Source: a virus
Length of the DNA: 64,000 nucleotides
IMG/VR virus record: IMGVR_UViG_3300022848_000777
Coordinates: 1-64,000 of that record
Strand: one strand, 5' to 3'
Under the pieces are notes generated by a model. It was not told the origin of the DNA. It saw only the letters and a program-made list of their open reading frames with translations, and searched no databases. The position numbers and the translations under genes are program-made. Positions 9,773-19,972 of the stretch are shown here, in pieces. The number at the start of each line of letters is the position of its first letter. The first letter of the stretch is position 1.

Positions 9773-11617
9773 ATGGCAGATAAATCGGTATTCGGGCGAC
9801 TTAAAAAGTTATTTTCAACACAAGTTGTGGTACGACGGACAGGAAAGGATCAACTCAAAGTGGTGGATTCATCCAAAATGCAATCATCTGGTAATAAAAA
9901 TTCATCTGCTTACTATGATAGGTATGGTAGATTGCATGGTTCTAAAAAGAATTGGCAAACATACAATGAGAGATTCAACTACCATTCAAATAGAATAGAA
10001 TTATACAGTGATTATGAAGCTATGGATAAGGATTCAATCATAGCATCTGTTTTAGATATATATTCAGATGAAAGTACACTATATGATACTAATGGTGACA
10101 CATTAGCAATAACATCTCCTAATGAGAAAATTAAGAAATCATTACATAATTTATTCTATGATGTGCTAAACATTGAGTTTAATTTGTGGTCTTGGGTGAG
10201 ATCGATGAATAAGTATGGTGATGCATATCTTTATTTAGATATTAATGAGGAATATGGTGTAGTTAATGTAGAACCGTTATCAGTATATGAAACGTTACGT
10301 GAAGAGGGTTATGATCCAGATAATCCATATTCAGTTAGATTTAAAGTTGAAGGTGGTGAAGAACGATATTATGAGTCATTCCAAGTGGCACATTTTAGAT
10401 TACTAACTGATACAAATTTCCTACCATACGGTCGTGCATTAATAGAGCCAGCTAGAAATGTATGGAAGCAGTTAACACTTATGGAAGATGCTATGTTAAT
10501 TCATCGTATTATGAGAGCTCCAGAAAAACGTGTATTCAAAATTGATGTAGGTAACATACCTCATAATGAAATTGATTCACATATGGAGAATGTTATAAAC
10601 AAAATGAAGAAAACACCATATGTCGATCAAAGGACTGGGGAATATAATTTGAAATTTAACTTACAGAATATGTTAGAAGATTATTATTTAGCAGTTCGTG
10701 GTGGAACAAGTGGTACTGAAATAGATACATTAAGTGGAATGGAATTCGGTGGTATTGATGATATTGAGTACCTAAGAAATAGAATGTTAGCATCACTTAA
10801 AGTTCCAAAAGCATTTATTGGATATGAAGAGGGAGTTGATGGTAAGAGTACATTAGCTCAGCAAGATATTCGTTTCGCACGAACTATTGAAAGAATTCAA
10901 AAGATAATCGTATCTGAATTAACTAAAATCGCAGTAGTTCATTTATATGCACATGGGTATGAAGATGAAGATTTGGTTAATTTTACATTATCATTAAATA
11001 CACCATCTATTGTATATGAGCAAGAGAAAGTTGATTTATTAACACAAAAAGTATCACTAATCAGAGACTTGAAAGAATTACGATTAGTATCACATGAGTA
11101 TATGTACGAAAATATACTGAATATGTCACAAGATGAGTGGCAGCGGGAAGAATTAAAAGTTATCAATGACTTGAAGCTTGAATTCAGACAAGAGCAAATT
11201 GCAAGTGAGGGTAATGACCCAACTAAAACAGGTGAATCGTTTGGAACACCACATGATTTAGCAACCATAAATCAACCATCAGAACCCGCTGATGAAGGTG
11301 GTTCAGAAGAAGGTGGTCAGCCAGGCGCAGGAAGACCTCCCGAATCTGGTAAATTTGGAAAAGACAAAGCGGAACTTGGTAGGGATCCATTAGGTAAAAC
11401 AACCGATGTTAAGCCAGAAAGTGCATATAACAATCCTAGAAAATCACCACTAAGTACTGAGGCTGTTGATAAAATTATTCATAAAATGAAACCAGCATCT
11501 GGTCGTGTAAAAACAAGGAAAGTGATAACTGAATCTTTAAGAATTGTAGATTCCATCGACAAATTTAAAGAAAAGGGGTTACTTGATGAGGATAATATAA
11601 TGGAATTTGAGAAATAG
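9773..11617 (+). CDS. gp20: Portal protein (T4 gp20-like)
   Basis: LMEDAMLIHRIMRAPEKRVFKIDVGN, EDYY, GTEIDTL and LKVPKAF motifs; follows terL. Confidence 0.93.
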   Translation: MADKSVFGRLKKLFSTQVVVRRTGKDQLKVVDSSKMQSSGNKNSSAYYDRYGRLHGSKKNWQTYNERFNYHSNRIELYSDYEAMDKDSIIASVLDIYSDESTLYDTNGDTLAITSPNEKIKKSLHNLFYDVLNIEFNLWSWVRSMNKYGDAYLYLDINEEYGVVNVEPLSVYETLREEGYDPDNPYSVRFKVEGGEERYYESFQVAHFRLLTDTNFLPYGRALIEPARNVWKQLTLMEDAMLIHRIMRAPEKRVFKIDVGNIPHNEIDSHMENVINKMKKTPYVDQRTGEYNLKFNLQNMLEDYYLAVRGGTSGTEIDTLSGMEFGGIDDIEYLRNRMLASLKVPKAFIGYEEGVDGKSTLAQQDIRFARTIERIQKIIVSELTKIAVVHLYAHGYEDEDLVNFTLSLNTPSIVYEQEKVDLLTQKVSLIRDLKELRLVSHEYMYENILNMSQDEWQREELKVINDLKLEFRQEQIASEGNDPTKTGESFGTPHDLATINQPSEPADEGGSEEGGQPGAGRPPESGKFGKDKAELGRDPLGKTTDVKPESAYNNPRKSPLSTEAVDKIIHKMKPASGRVKTRKVITESLRIVDSIDKFKEKGLLDEDNIMEFEK

Positions 11618-11679
11618 TATATTTATATACAGTATATACATAAAGTTATTGTCGATTATAAGTAAAACGGATATTAATA

Positions 11680-12531
11680 ATGAAGAAATTTAAACATAGC
11701 AAGTACAAAAATACGGGTATTCTTTTTCAATTACTTATAAGACAGGTCGTATCGGATACCTTAAATGATAAGCAATCAGCAAAGGCGCTTTCTATTATAA
11801 AGGAACATTTTGGTAAGAAAACTGAATTACTAAAGGAGTATCGATTGTATAAAACGCTAATGGATGAGTCATTTGATTCTGAATCAAAAGCTACTGAATT
11901 TTTATCAATTATTATTGATAAGAGGTCTAAGTTAAATGATAATTTATTATCCAGAGAGAAGTATAATTTGATAAAAGAAATTAAAAAGATTTATCCTATT
12001 AATGAATTTTTTAATTATAGAGTATCTAACTATAAAGAAAACGCATCGGTGTATAAATTATTTGAATATAGTAAATCGGAAAACCCAAAGGAATTTATTG
12101 AAAATAAAGGTACGTTATTAGAGCATATATTACAATCTAATAAAGTAGAAGCTCAATCATTAAATCAGTTGAATGATGATTACAATTCTCAACCAAAAGA
12201 TATTAGACTATTAGCTTGGAAACTTCTTGTTGATGGTTTTAATACTAAATATACTATCTTATCAAAACCACAGAAAACTATATTACGAGAATATATTAAC
12301 GCTGTGGATAATACTGAGTACTTAAAGGAGTATGTTAAAGCTGAATGTACGAAGATTCAGAAAGCTTTTAGTAAATTGGATATAACAGATACTATGGTGA
12401 AAATCAAAGTAACAGAGGTATTGAATTTGGTTGAAAACATTAAGACTTCGAAGAAAATCACCGAATCAGAAATACTTTCAATTCTAAGATATCACGACTT
12501 ATACAAAGAAGTAAAACGGAATTTCAAATGA
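11680..12531 (+). CDS. Head-module protein of unknown function
   Basis: 283-aa helical ORF between portal and protease. Confidence 0.55.
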   Translation: MKKFKHSKYKNTGILFQLLIRQVVSDTLNDKQSAKALSIIKEHFGKKTELLKEYRLYKTLMDESFDSESKATEFLSIIIDKRSKLNDNLLSREKYNLIKEIKKIYPINEFFNYRVSNYKENASVYKLFEYSKSENPKEFIENKGTLLEHILQSNKVEAQSLNQLNDDYNSQPKDIRLLAWKLLVDGFNTKYTILSKPQKTILREYINAVDNTEYLKEYVKAECTKIQKAFSKLDITDTMVKIKVTEVLNLVENIKTSKKITESEILSILRYHDLYKEVKRNFK

Positions 12532-13037
12532 GAAAAACATTATTAGAACAATTAGAAGATAAGTTTGAAGAAGTTGAATCCATTGCAGAGGATGAAATTG
12601 AAGAAGCTAATGTAACTGGTAATATGGATGGTGGTGCAGGCCCCGCTAAAACGCCACACACGTTCGGTGATGGTAAGAGCGAACCGAGTGGTAATCACAT
12701 TGAGGTATTAGGTTATAAGAAAACAAAACCATCCAATATGCACACTAAACGACTTCAAGAGCTAGAACGTAATTTGGAAAATCAAATATTAGAAATTAGT
12801 TATAAGGATTATAAAAAAGATGATACTCGAAAAGATTATCAAAAGATAAATGATTCTATTATTAAAATTAATAGAATGGTTTTCGAAATGGAGAAGTTGG
12901 TTAATTTGAATATCAAACTTAAACAAGAATCATCAGTATCAAATGCAAAATATTGGGAATCTACTAAAAAGAACTTTGGGAAGATTTCAAAACGAATGTT
13001 AAGAATCAGCCGTAAAATCACGGAGCTTAATTTGTAA
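12528..13037 (+). CDS. Head-module hypothetical protein
   Basis: Translationally coupled ORF with an acidic N-terminus. Confidence 0.55.
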   Translation: MRKTLLEQLEDKFEEVESIAEDEIEEANVTGNMDGGAGPAKTPHTFGDGKSEPSGNHIEVLGYKKTKPSNMHTKRLQELERNLENQILEISYKDYKKDDTRKDYQKINDSIIKINRMVFEMEKLVNLNIKLKQESSVSNAKYWESTKKNFGKISKRMLRISRKITELNL

Positions 13038-13168
13038 TGAGTGATAAGAAATTAATAAAAGAAGAATTTACTAATAAAGAGCTTGAGGCTATTAGAAACA
13101 TAATACGATCTGAAATGGCTGAGGTATTCTTTGATTTATACCGAAAACGAAGTGTATGGAAATCCTAA
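13037..13168 (+). CDS. Small hypothetical protein (43 aa, not in ORF track)
   Basis: TAATG coupling with the upstream gene; MSDKKLIKEEF...VFFDLYRKRSVWKS. Confidence 0.55.
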   Translation: MSDKKLIKEEFTNKELEAIRNIIRSEMAEVFFDLYRKRSVWKS

Positions 13169-13401
13169 TGAGAACTAAAATGATAAAATTAAAAGAATTA
13201 ATGAATGAGGGTATGTTGAATGAAACTCAATGGTGGATGATGGTAGACCATCACTTGAAAGTTTTAAAAGCAGGATTGGTAGCAGCTGACGGCAAAAAAA
13301 TAGAAGCTCTTAAAGAAAACCAAGCTATGAAAATAGTTGATAATATTGAAACCTTAATGGGTAGTTTGGAAAAACATAATATTGCTAAATTTAAATTTTA
13401 A
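13156..13401 (+). CDS. Small putative head protein
   Basis: Likely starts at a downstream ATG giving MIKLKELMNE. Confidence 0.5.
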   Translation: MEILMRTKMIKLKELMNEGMLNETQWWMMVDHHLKVLKAGLVAADGKKIEALKENQAMKIVDNIETLMGSLEKHNIAKFKF

Positions 13402-13415
13402 TAGGAATTGGAACG

Positions 13416-14045
13416 ATGAGTGAATTATTAATAGACACAATACCATTTAAATTATCTAAGCAGGATTTGAATGAAGCTAAATCCAATAACAATGGTAGGT
13501 TCATCGTACAGGGTGTTATCCAACGAGCCGAAGCTGAAAACCAAAATGGTAGAATATATCCTAAAACACTTCTTGCTAGAGAGGCTAAGAACTATGCCGC
13601 TAAAGAGATAAAAGAAGCTAGGGCATATGGTGAGTTAGACCATCCAGAAACATCGGTTGTCGAGCTTAAAAACACATCACACATCATTAGAGAAGTTTGG
13701 TGGGAAGGTAATGACCTTATGGGTAAAGTTGAGATATTAAAAACACCATCTGGTAATATTCTAATGGAATTATTAAAAGCACAATGTACCGTTGGTATAT
13801 CATCAAGAGGTATGGGTTCGGTGAAAGAATCAGCAAATGGTAAAACTGTAACGGTAGAGGATGATTTCAATTTAATATGTTGGGATTTCGTATCAAACCC
13901 ATCAACACATGGGGCATTCTTAAAACCAACCAATGAATCGGTAAATGAATCGGTTAAATCAACTAAAAAAATAAATAACTATTCAAACATAGATAATATT
14001 GTAAGAGATATTATATGTGAAGTAAATGGAGTGTGTGGAATATGA
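13416..14045 (+). CDS. gp21: Prohead core protease (T4 gp21-like)
   Basis: NQNGRIYP, GELDHP, VGISSRGMGS and DFVSNPS motifs. Confidence 0.95.
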   Translation: MSELLIDTIPFKLSKQDLNEAKSNNNGRFIVQGVIQRAEAENQNGRIYPKTLLAREAKNYAAKEIKEARAYGELDHPETSVVELKNTSHIIREVWWEGNDLMGKVEILKTPSGNILMELLKAQCTVGISSRGMGSVKESANGKTVTVEDDFNLICWDFVSNPSTHGAFLKPTNESVNESVKSTKKINNYSNIDNIVRDIICEVNGVCGI

Positions 14046-16183
14046 AATTAATAGATATGCTAAATAGTAAAAAGAGTCAGAAGCTAACTCTATTAGAAGA
14101 ACAAGCTTTACATAATTTCGAAATGGGGCATGTATATTCAAACCCATATCATACTGCATTTGTAAAAGAAGCTGATACGCCACTTAAATTTAAAGTTGGT
14201 GATTACATTATACAAAAAACATCAACAGGTGGCTCAGGGGGTTATGTGATATCTAAACACCCATCACTGGGTTATAGGTTGGCAGATCAATGGGGTGGTA
14301 CTGATAAGAAGTACTTCAAAGAAAAAGGATTCAAAAAAGATGCCGCTAAATCCAAAAAAGTACAATCATTTCCAAAGGTTATGGCTTTAATTAAATCTAA
14401 AGAATTAACAACAACTAATAAATTGGGCGAATCGATTACTGAGGGTAAGTATGATTCAATACTAGATAAAATCGCTGGTATTGTAAAGAATAGTAAATCG
14501 TTTATGAGTATTGGTGCTGAATTAAAAAAGAATGGTATAAAGTATGATTTTATGACGGCAGATGCACCAATGCCTGCTGCTATGTACACACTCAAAAACC
14601 CAAAAATAGTAATTCTTAATAAGAAATACGTATCAGGTGCAGAACGAGAAGTTGGTGATATCGCAATCGGTCTAATGGAGTCTATTAATGAAGATGCAAG
14701 TCACGAAGCACAGGGAATATCGCATTATACAGGAATGAGAGCTACTGCTGTACAGAAATTCATTGATGATAATAAATTAAATGCTAGAAAGTTACTTTCA
14801 TATGTAACTCGTAATACTGATGGTGCTCGTACAAAAGTGATAACTGCGATATCAGGAAAACCAAATAATCCAATGGCTAAAAAAGTAATGAAAGTTTTTA
14901 AAGAATCTATTAATGAAGATGCAAAGAAAGTTTGGAAGGATGGTAATAATCTTTACGTAGATAGTGACTTCGTTAATATGAGTAAGGGTAATTTACCTAA
15001 TTCAGAATTAAAACATTTGGGAATGGGTGATTTCTTTTTAGATACACCAGACGGTAAGATTAATTTTAATAGAAGTGGTGATAAACTTCCAGGTATGAGT
15101 GGTAGAAGTCATAAGATGTCAGACTCTAATGGTGGTAAGCTGATAGCACAATTAATTAAAAAAATGGGTGCAAAAATAGTTAACGAATCGAAAGTATATA
15201 ATTGTGGTACACCTTCACTGATGGATTTACTTAGAGAGCAAACTGAATATGAAAAGTTCTTCCAATCAGCACTTAAAAAGTTTGATGTGAAATCTCCTGA
15301 TGAAATCGAAGGTGATAAAAAGAAAGAGTTCTTTGATTATGTAGATAAGAACTGGGATGCTGGTGAGAATGAAACTGATGTTGATGAGGCTAAGACCGCT
15401 AAAACTAAGAAAGATTCAAAATCATCTAAGAAATCTAAAAGTGATTATTCATTAGATGGGATGTTTGGTGATGTAAAGAAGCAACTAAAAGGAATCACAG
15501 CAATAAAGAAAGAATCGGTAAATGAAGGAGTGAAACGATTCTATCAACAAGATGGTATTGGTAAAGCAAAATATACTATATCGTATCACGACGGAAAATC
15601 AAAACATAATGATGGTGGTGACTTCTATGGTATCAGAATATTTAAGAATAAAAAAGAATTAGAAACGTTTAGAAGTGAACTTTTGAAAAAAGGATATAGA
15701 GCGGATAGTGGATTTAAAAAAGAATCGACGAATCAGAATATCAGATTTGAAAGTATGGATTTGTATGGGACTGGTCGATTGGTTGAATTCAATCTGAATC
15801 TTAGTGATTTGGATTTTGGACTTTCATTAATATCAGGAATCGTCGGAGTACCATTGGCTGCACTTTTAGCAATGCATGCAGAGGATGGTATGAAATCAAT
15901 ATCTGCGTTACTAAAGAAAAAGAGTAAAAATAAAGCATCAGTATCAGAATCATCGTATAATATACCATCATTAGTATCTCTACTTTCAGAAAAGAAATAT
16001 GATATCGGTATGGGTCATAAAGGAAATGGTGTTACTGTATGGAATAAATCAGAAGAGGTAAGTGGTGATTATAAGACAATAGCACACATTACTGATAGTG
16101 GTAAAATTACATACCATGATAAGGCATTACCATCTGATGTTAAGAAGACGATAGAAGCTGCAGCAACTAAAATGAAAAACTAA
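14033..16183 (+). CDS. Large mosaic putative internal head polyprotein
   Basis: Likely start 14042 (MKLIDML). Many ES(I/V)(N/T)E linkers separate short dissimilar segments; adjacent to gp21. Confidence 0.55.
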   Translation: MWNMKLIDMLNSKKSQKLTLLEEQALHNFEMGHVYSNPYHTAFVKEADTPLKFKVGDYIIQKTSTGGSGGYVISKHPSLGYRLADQWGGTDKKYFKEKGFKKDAAKSKKVQSFPKVMALIKSKELTTTNKLGESITEGKYDSILDKIAGIVKNSKSFMSIGAELKKNGIKYDFMTADAPMPAAMYTLKNPKIVILNKKYVSGAEREVGDIAIGLMESINEDASHEAQGISHYTGMRATAVQKFIDDNKLNARKLLSYVTRNTDGARTKVITAISGKPNNPMAKKVMKVFKESINEDAKKVWKDGNNLYVDSDFVNMSKGNLPNSELKHLGMGDFFLDTPDGKINFNRSGDKLPGMSGRSHKMSDSNGGKLIAQLIKKMGAKIVNESKVYNCGTPSLMDLLREQTEYEKFFQSALKKFDVKSPDEIEGDKKKEFFDYVDKNWDAGENETDVDEAKTAKTKKDSKSSKKSKSDYSLDGMFGDVKKQLKGITAIKKESVNEGVKRFYQQDGIGKAKYTISYHDGKSKHNDGGDFYGIRIFKNKKELETFRSELLKKGYRADSGFKKESTNQNIRFESMDLYGTGRLVEFNLNLSDLDFGLSLISGIVGVPLAALLAMHAEDGMKSISALLKKKSKNKASVSESSYNIPSLVSLLSEKKYDIGMGHKGNGVTVWNKSEEVSGDYKTIAHITDSGKITYHDKALPSDVKKTIEAAATKMKN

Positions 16184-16189
16184 AACATT

Positions 16190-16354
16190 ATGACTAAATC
16201 AGACATATTACAAGATATATCAGTTTCCATTTCTAAAACTTTAAAGCGGAATTTGAGTGATATAAAAAAGCTCGATACATCCGACCGAAAGGAGATTGAA
16301 AAAGTTATACAGAGCATTAAAGATAATTTAGATATTATATCAAACATTGGTTAA
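16190..16354 (+). CDS. Small hypothetical protein (54 aa, not in ORF track)
   Basis: ATG 16190 to TAA 16354 fills the intergenic gap. Confidence 0.45.
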   Translation: MTKSDILQDISVSISKTLKRNLSDIKKLDTSDRKEIEKVIQSIKDNLDIISNIG

Positions 16355-16445
16355 TGTCTAAATATTATATTAAATAATAAAAAAATGATATTTATATACA
16401 CCTGCCAGAATTGGTGGGTGTTGTAGTATTAAATAAAAACAAAAA

Positions 16446-16673
16446 ATGAGTTATAATAAAACAAATAGTATTTCAGATAAAATAACAGGAACTAAAGTAG
16501 TGGTTCATAAGAAGAACATCGGCCACGCTTTAAGCTTATTCAAAAAAAAAGTTATTGAAAGTGGAAAGTTGGAACGATATCGAGATATTCAAGAATATAC
16601 TAAACCATCGGAAAAACGTAGAGTACTTAAAGCAAATGCCATTCGTAGAAATAAAAAAGAGCAAAATTCATAA
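16446..16673 (+). CDS. rpsU: Phage-encoded ribosomal protein bS21
   Basis: V.V...NIGHALSLFKKKV...G.L..YR..QEYTKPSEKRR...NAIRR matches the bS21 signature. Confidence 0.88.
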   Translation: MSYNKTNSISDKITGTKVVVHKKNIGHALSLFKKKVIESGKLERYRDIQEYTKPSEKRRVLKANAIRRNKKEQNS

Positions 16674-16692
16674 CGTTTTTTATTTTTTATGA

Positions 16693-16700
16693 TATTTATA
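16693..16700 (+). promoter_or_regulatory. Late-type promoter motif TATTTATA before the scaffold/capsid operon
   Basis: The same motif occurs at 3670, 6135, 9748, 11620, 16391, 20322, 21663, 24204, 24601, 27090, 27699, 28837, 41518 and 62666. Confidence 0.7.
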
Positions 16701-16821
16701 GGAAATGTGTTATATCTAACACTATTATACTGCTTCTCAATAAGCAGTCATATTTTTTCAAAAACAAAATTATTAAGATTTAAATAATCTTATTTCCAAA
16801 ATAAAATTAAGGAGACTCAAA

Positions 16822-17745
16822 ATGAGTAAGAACAAAGATTTATTAAAAGAAGCTATAGCTGATGCGAAGCAGGTTAAAGAAACTGCTATTCAAAATGCTA
16901 AATTGGCTTTAGAAGAAGCATTTACACCATCAATTCAATCAATGATTTCAGAAAAGCTTGCAAAGGAAGCTGATGAAGAAATGGATGATGAAGATGATAT
17001 GGATGAAAATGTTAACGATGACGAAGATGATGAAGATGATGTTAACGAAGATGTTAATGAAAGTGATGTTGAAGATGATGAAGATGATGTTAACGAAGAT
17101 GTTAATGAAAGTGATGATGAAGATGAAGATGATGACGAAGATGAGCTTGACTTAGAATCTGTAATCGCTGAATTGGAAGCTAACGAAGCAAAATCAGTTA
17201 AGGAAGCAAAATCAGTTAAGGAAGATGAAGATGAAGATGAAGATGAAGATGAAGATGAAGATGCAGATGAAGATGAAGAAGAACTTGATCTTGATGAAGT
17301 AATCAAATCTATTCGTGAAATGGATGATGAAGAAGATGAGGAAGATGAGGAATCTATGGATGAGGTAAAATCTGAATTAGCAGAAGCATATGACACAATT
17401 TCTGAATTGAAATCTACGTTGACTGAAATTAACATTCTAAATGCAAAACTTCTATATACGAATAAATTATTTAGAACGTTTGATTTGACTGAAACCCAAA
17501 AAGTAAAAGTATTAGAGAACTTCGATAGAACATCTAATGTTAGAGAAGTAAAACTTGTATTTTCAACTTTAGCTGAAAGCCTAACCACATCATCTACTAA
17601 ACGTCGATTTGTGAAAGAGGGTAAAGCATCAAATGTTGTAAAGAGCACAAAACCATTAGTTGAGAATACAATTATCTCAGAGAATGTACAAAACAAATTA
17701 AGATTTCAGAAATTAGCTGGAATGAACAAAAAAAACAAAAAATAA
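16822..17745 (+). CDS. Prohead scaffold/core protein (gp22-like)
   Basis: Highly acidic low-complexity middle with coiled-coil ends; immediately before the capsid gene. Confidence 0.8.
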   Translation: MSKNKDLLKEAIADAKQVKETAIQNAKLALEEAFTPSIQSMISEKLAKEADEEMDDEDDMDENVNDDEDDEDDVNEDVNESDVEDDEDDVNEDVNESDDEDEDDDEDELDLESVIAELEANEAKSVKEAKSVKEDEDEDEDEDEDEDADEDEEELDLDEVIKSIREMDDEEDEEDEESMDEVKSELAEAYDTISELKSTLTEINILNAKLLYTNKLFRTFDLTETQKVKVLENFDRTSNVREVKLVFSTLAESLTTSSTKRRFVKEGKASNVVKSTKPLVENTIISENVQNKLRFQKLAGMNKKNKK

Positions 17746-17760
17746 ACGGAGAAACAATAA

Positions 17761-19374
17761 ATGGATATTTCAAAAATGTTAACAGAAGGTCGATCTCACC
17801 AAATGAGACTTACCGATGAGACAGCAGCTTTGGTTAAAAAATGGAAAGACACTGGACTTCTAGAAGAAATCGAAGATGATATAACAAGATCGGGTATGGC
17901 TACCCTGCTTGAAAATCAAGCGAAACAAATAGTAAAAGAAGCGTCCCAGACAGGTACTTCTACAAATTCAGAAGAATGGGCTGGTGTAGCACTTCCTTTA
18001 GTTCGTAGAATCTTTGATGAGATTGTAGCTAAGAACTTTGTATCAGTACAACCAATGAACCTACCATCAGGTCTAGTTTTTTATCTAGATTTTAAATATG
18101 GTACGAACCAACCTGGATTCGCAACAGGATCAGGAAAGGATTCACAAGAAGATTCAGTATTCGGTATTACCGATACTACTGGCGATCCATCTGGTGGTCT
18201 TTATGGGGCAGGTCGATTTGGTTACACAATCAATGATACTGACACAGTAATACAAGCATTAGGTGCTACACCTGCTACAAACGTATACGCTACTGGTTCA
18301 GTAGGTGAAGTTGATTATAACTACGATTCACAATTCTCAGCATCAAACACAGTAGGTTTGGGTGATGGTACAATTGCAACCGTAACAGTACCAACTGCAT
18401 CATTACCATCATTTGATTCAAAAGGTATTAGAGCATTTAGATTAACAGGTGTTACGGATCAATTCCCAGCATACACTAGATTGCAAGGCCCTAACGTTGT
18501 CTTTGTGGCAAAATCAGCAGCATTCGCATCTATTAAAGTTGTGTTCCACAAACAACCAACTGATACTTCTAGAGGCGATTTTGAAGCATCACCAACGTAT
18601 GATACTACACTTGACATTCCAGAATTGAATGTTGAAATGAAATCAGAACCAATTGTAGCTAAGACACGTAAGTTGAAAGCACAATGGACGCCTGAATTTG
18701 CACAAGATTTAAATGCTTATCATTCAATTGATGCAGAAGCTGAATTAACATCTATGTTATCAGAATACATTTCGCAAGAAATTGACTTTGAGATTTTAGA
18801 TATGTTGATTCAAGATGCTAAAACTACTGGTTACTGGTCAACGCAAGTTGGACGTGAGTGGACTGGAAACGGTTTTGGTGATTTCTCAACAACACAAGCA
18901 CAATCATCAGCATATACGCAACAAGCATGGTTCCAAACTTTGGGTACTGTAGTAGCGGGTGTTTCTAACAAGATTCACCAAAAAACATTAAGAGGTGGGG
19001 CTAACTTTATGGTCGTTTCTCCAGATGTTTCCACTATTATAGAATCTATCCCAGGTTACGCATCATCTGCGAACAATGGTGATTCTGAATACGCATTTGG
19101 TGTAACTCAAATTGGTTCACTTAATGGTCGATTCAAGGTTTACAAGAATCCTTATATGAAGGACAACGTTATTTTAATGGGTTATAGAGGAACGCAATTC
19201 CTTGAGACTGGTGCAGTTTACTCACCATACATTCCATTAATTATGACTCCACTTGTATACGATCCACAAAACTTCACCCCAAGAAAAGGTGTCATGACTC
19301 GTTACGCGAAGAAGATGTTGAGAGGTGAATTCTACGGAAAAGTTCTTGTTGACGGATTGCACAGAATTCAGTAA
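17761..19374 (+). CDS. gp23: Major capsid protein (T4 gp23-like)
   Basis: LLENQ, PLVRR, VQPM..PSGLVF, AKTRKLKAQWTPE.AQDL.A.H.IDAEAEL, Y.PYIPL and MTRYA motifs. Confidence 0.97.
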   Translation: MDISKMLTEGRSHQMRLTDETAALVKKWKDTGLLEEIEDDITRSGMATLLENQAKQIVKEASQTGTSTNSEEWAGVALPLVRRIFDEIVAKNFVSVQPMNLPSGLVFYLDFKYGTNQPGFATGSGKDSQEDSVFGITDTTGDPSGGLYGAGRFGYTINDTDTVIQALGATPATNVYATGSVGEVDYNYDSQFSASNTVGLGDGTIATVTVPTASLPSFDSKGIRAFRLTGVTDQFPAYTRLQGPNVVFVAKSAAFASIKVVFHKQPTDTSRGDFEASPTYDTTLDIPELNVEMKSEPIVAKTRKLKAQWTPEFAQDLNAYHSIDAEAELTSMLSEYISQEIDFEILDMLIQDAKTTGYWSTQVGREWTGNGFGDFSTTQAQSSAYTQQAWFQTLGTVVAGVSNKIHQKTLRGGANFMVVSPDVSTIIESIPGYASSANNGDSEYAFGVTQIGSLNGRFKVYKNPYMKDNVILMGYRGTQFLETGAVYSPYIPLIMTPLVYDPQNFTPRKGVMTRYAKKMLRGEFYGKVLVDGLHRIQ

Positions 19375-19404
19375 TAATTGAATTTAATATTAACGTAATA
19401 ATTA

Positions 19405-19429
19405 GGGGTGAGAAATCACCCCTTTTTTT
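19405..19429 (+). terminator. Intrinsic terminator after the capsid gene
   Basis: GGGGTGA-GAAA-TCACCCC followed by T7. Confidence 0.9.
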
Positions 19430-19450
19430 ATGTCATTCATATTTATTTTA

Positions 19451-19723
19451 TTAATCATTAAATATAAAGATTATTTTTTTCATAAACGGATGGACATCAA
19501 AGAAATCACCCACCCACTTTATTGTAAATTGAGAAAAACATCCGTCTGCTTCGGTTGGTTTTTCCGAATAGTAAGTCTTACCTTCCTCATTAAAGGTTCT
19601 CTCACTTATGACCATATCACATATCCAATTCCACTCATAATCTGAGTTACTGTCAACAAACCTTATGAAATCTGATTGATCTACATAGTGAATTGCTTCA
19701 TCTTCAAATAGCACTGCCTTCAT
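19451..19723 (-). CDS. Hypothetical protein (antisense islet)
   Basis: One of three tandem minus-strand ORFs filling 19451-20222. Confidence 0.6.
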   Translation of the reverse strand: MKAVLFEDEAIHYVDQSDFIRFVDSNSDYEWNWICDMVISERTFNEEGKTYYSEKPTEADGCFSQFTIKWVGDFFDVHPFMKKIIFIFND

Positions 19724-19765
19724 AATCTTTTTTAGTTTTAACTATTATTAATATATTATACTCAA

Positions 19766-19972
19766 TTACAAACCATCATTAAGTTCATCAGCATCTTGCC
19801 TACATTTAGCACAGATATAGCCTACTAAATGGTCTTTCTCCATACCTAACTCTTCTACTTTCCAAAAGCAATCGTGATAACCCTCTGTTATTTGTACTTT
19901 TAATCTCTCATTCCAGACGTTGTAAATTCTTATAAATTCATCACAACCGCAATCGCATTTATAATAAGTCAT
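19766..19972 (-). CDS. Small Zn-finger-like protein (antisense islet)
   Basis: CxCxC and CxxC motifs. Confidence 0.55.
   Translation of the reverse strand: MTYYKCDCGCDEFIRIYNVWNERLKVQITEGYHDCFWKVEELGMEKDHLVGYICAKCRQDADELNDGL

Noticed and set aside
16935-17696. 253-aa minus-strand poly-Ser ORF and the 16958 Met/Lys ORF
   Set aside because: These are shadow frames of the GAT/GAA-rich scaffold gene.
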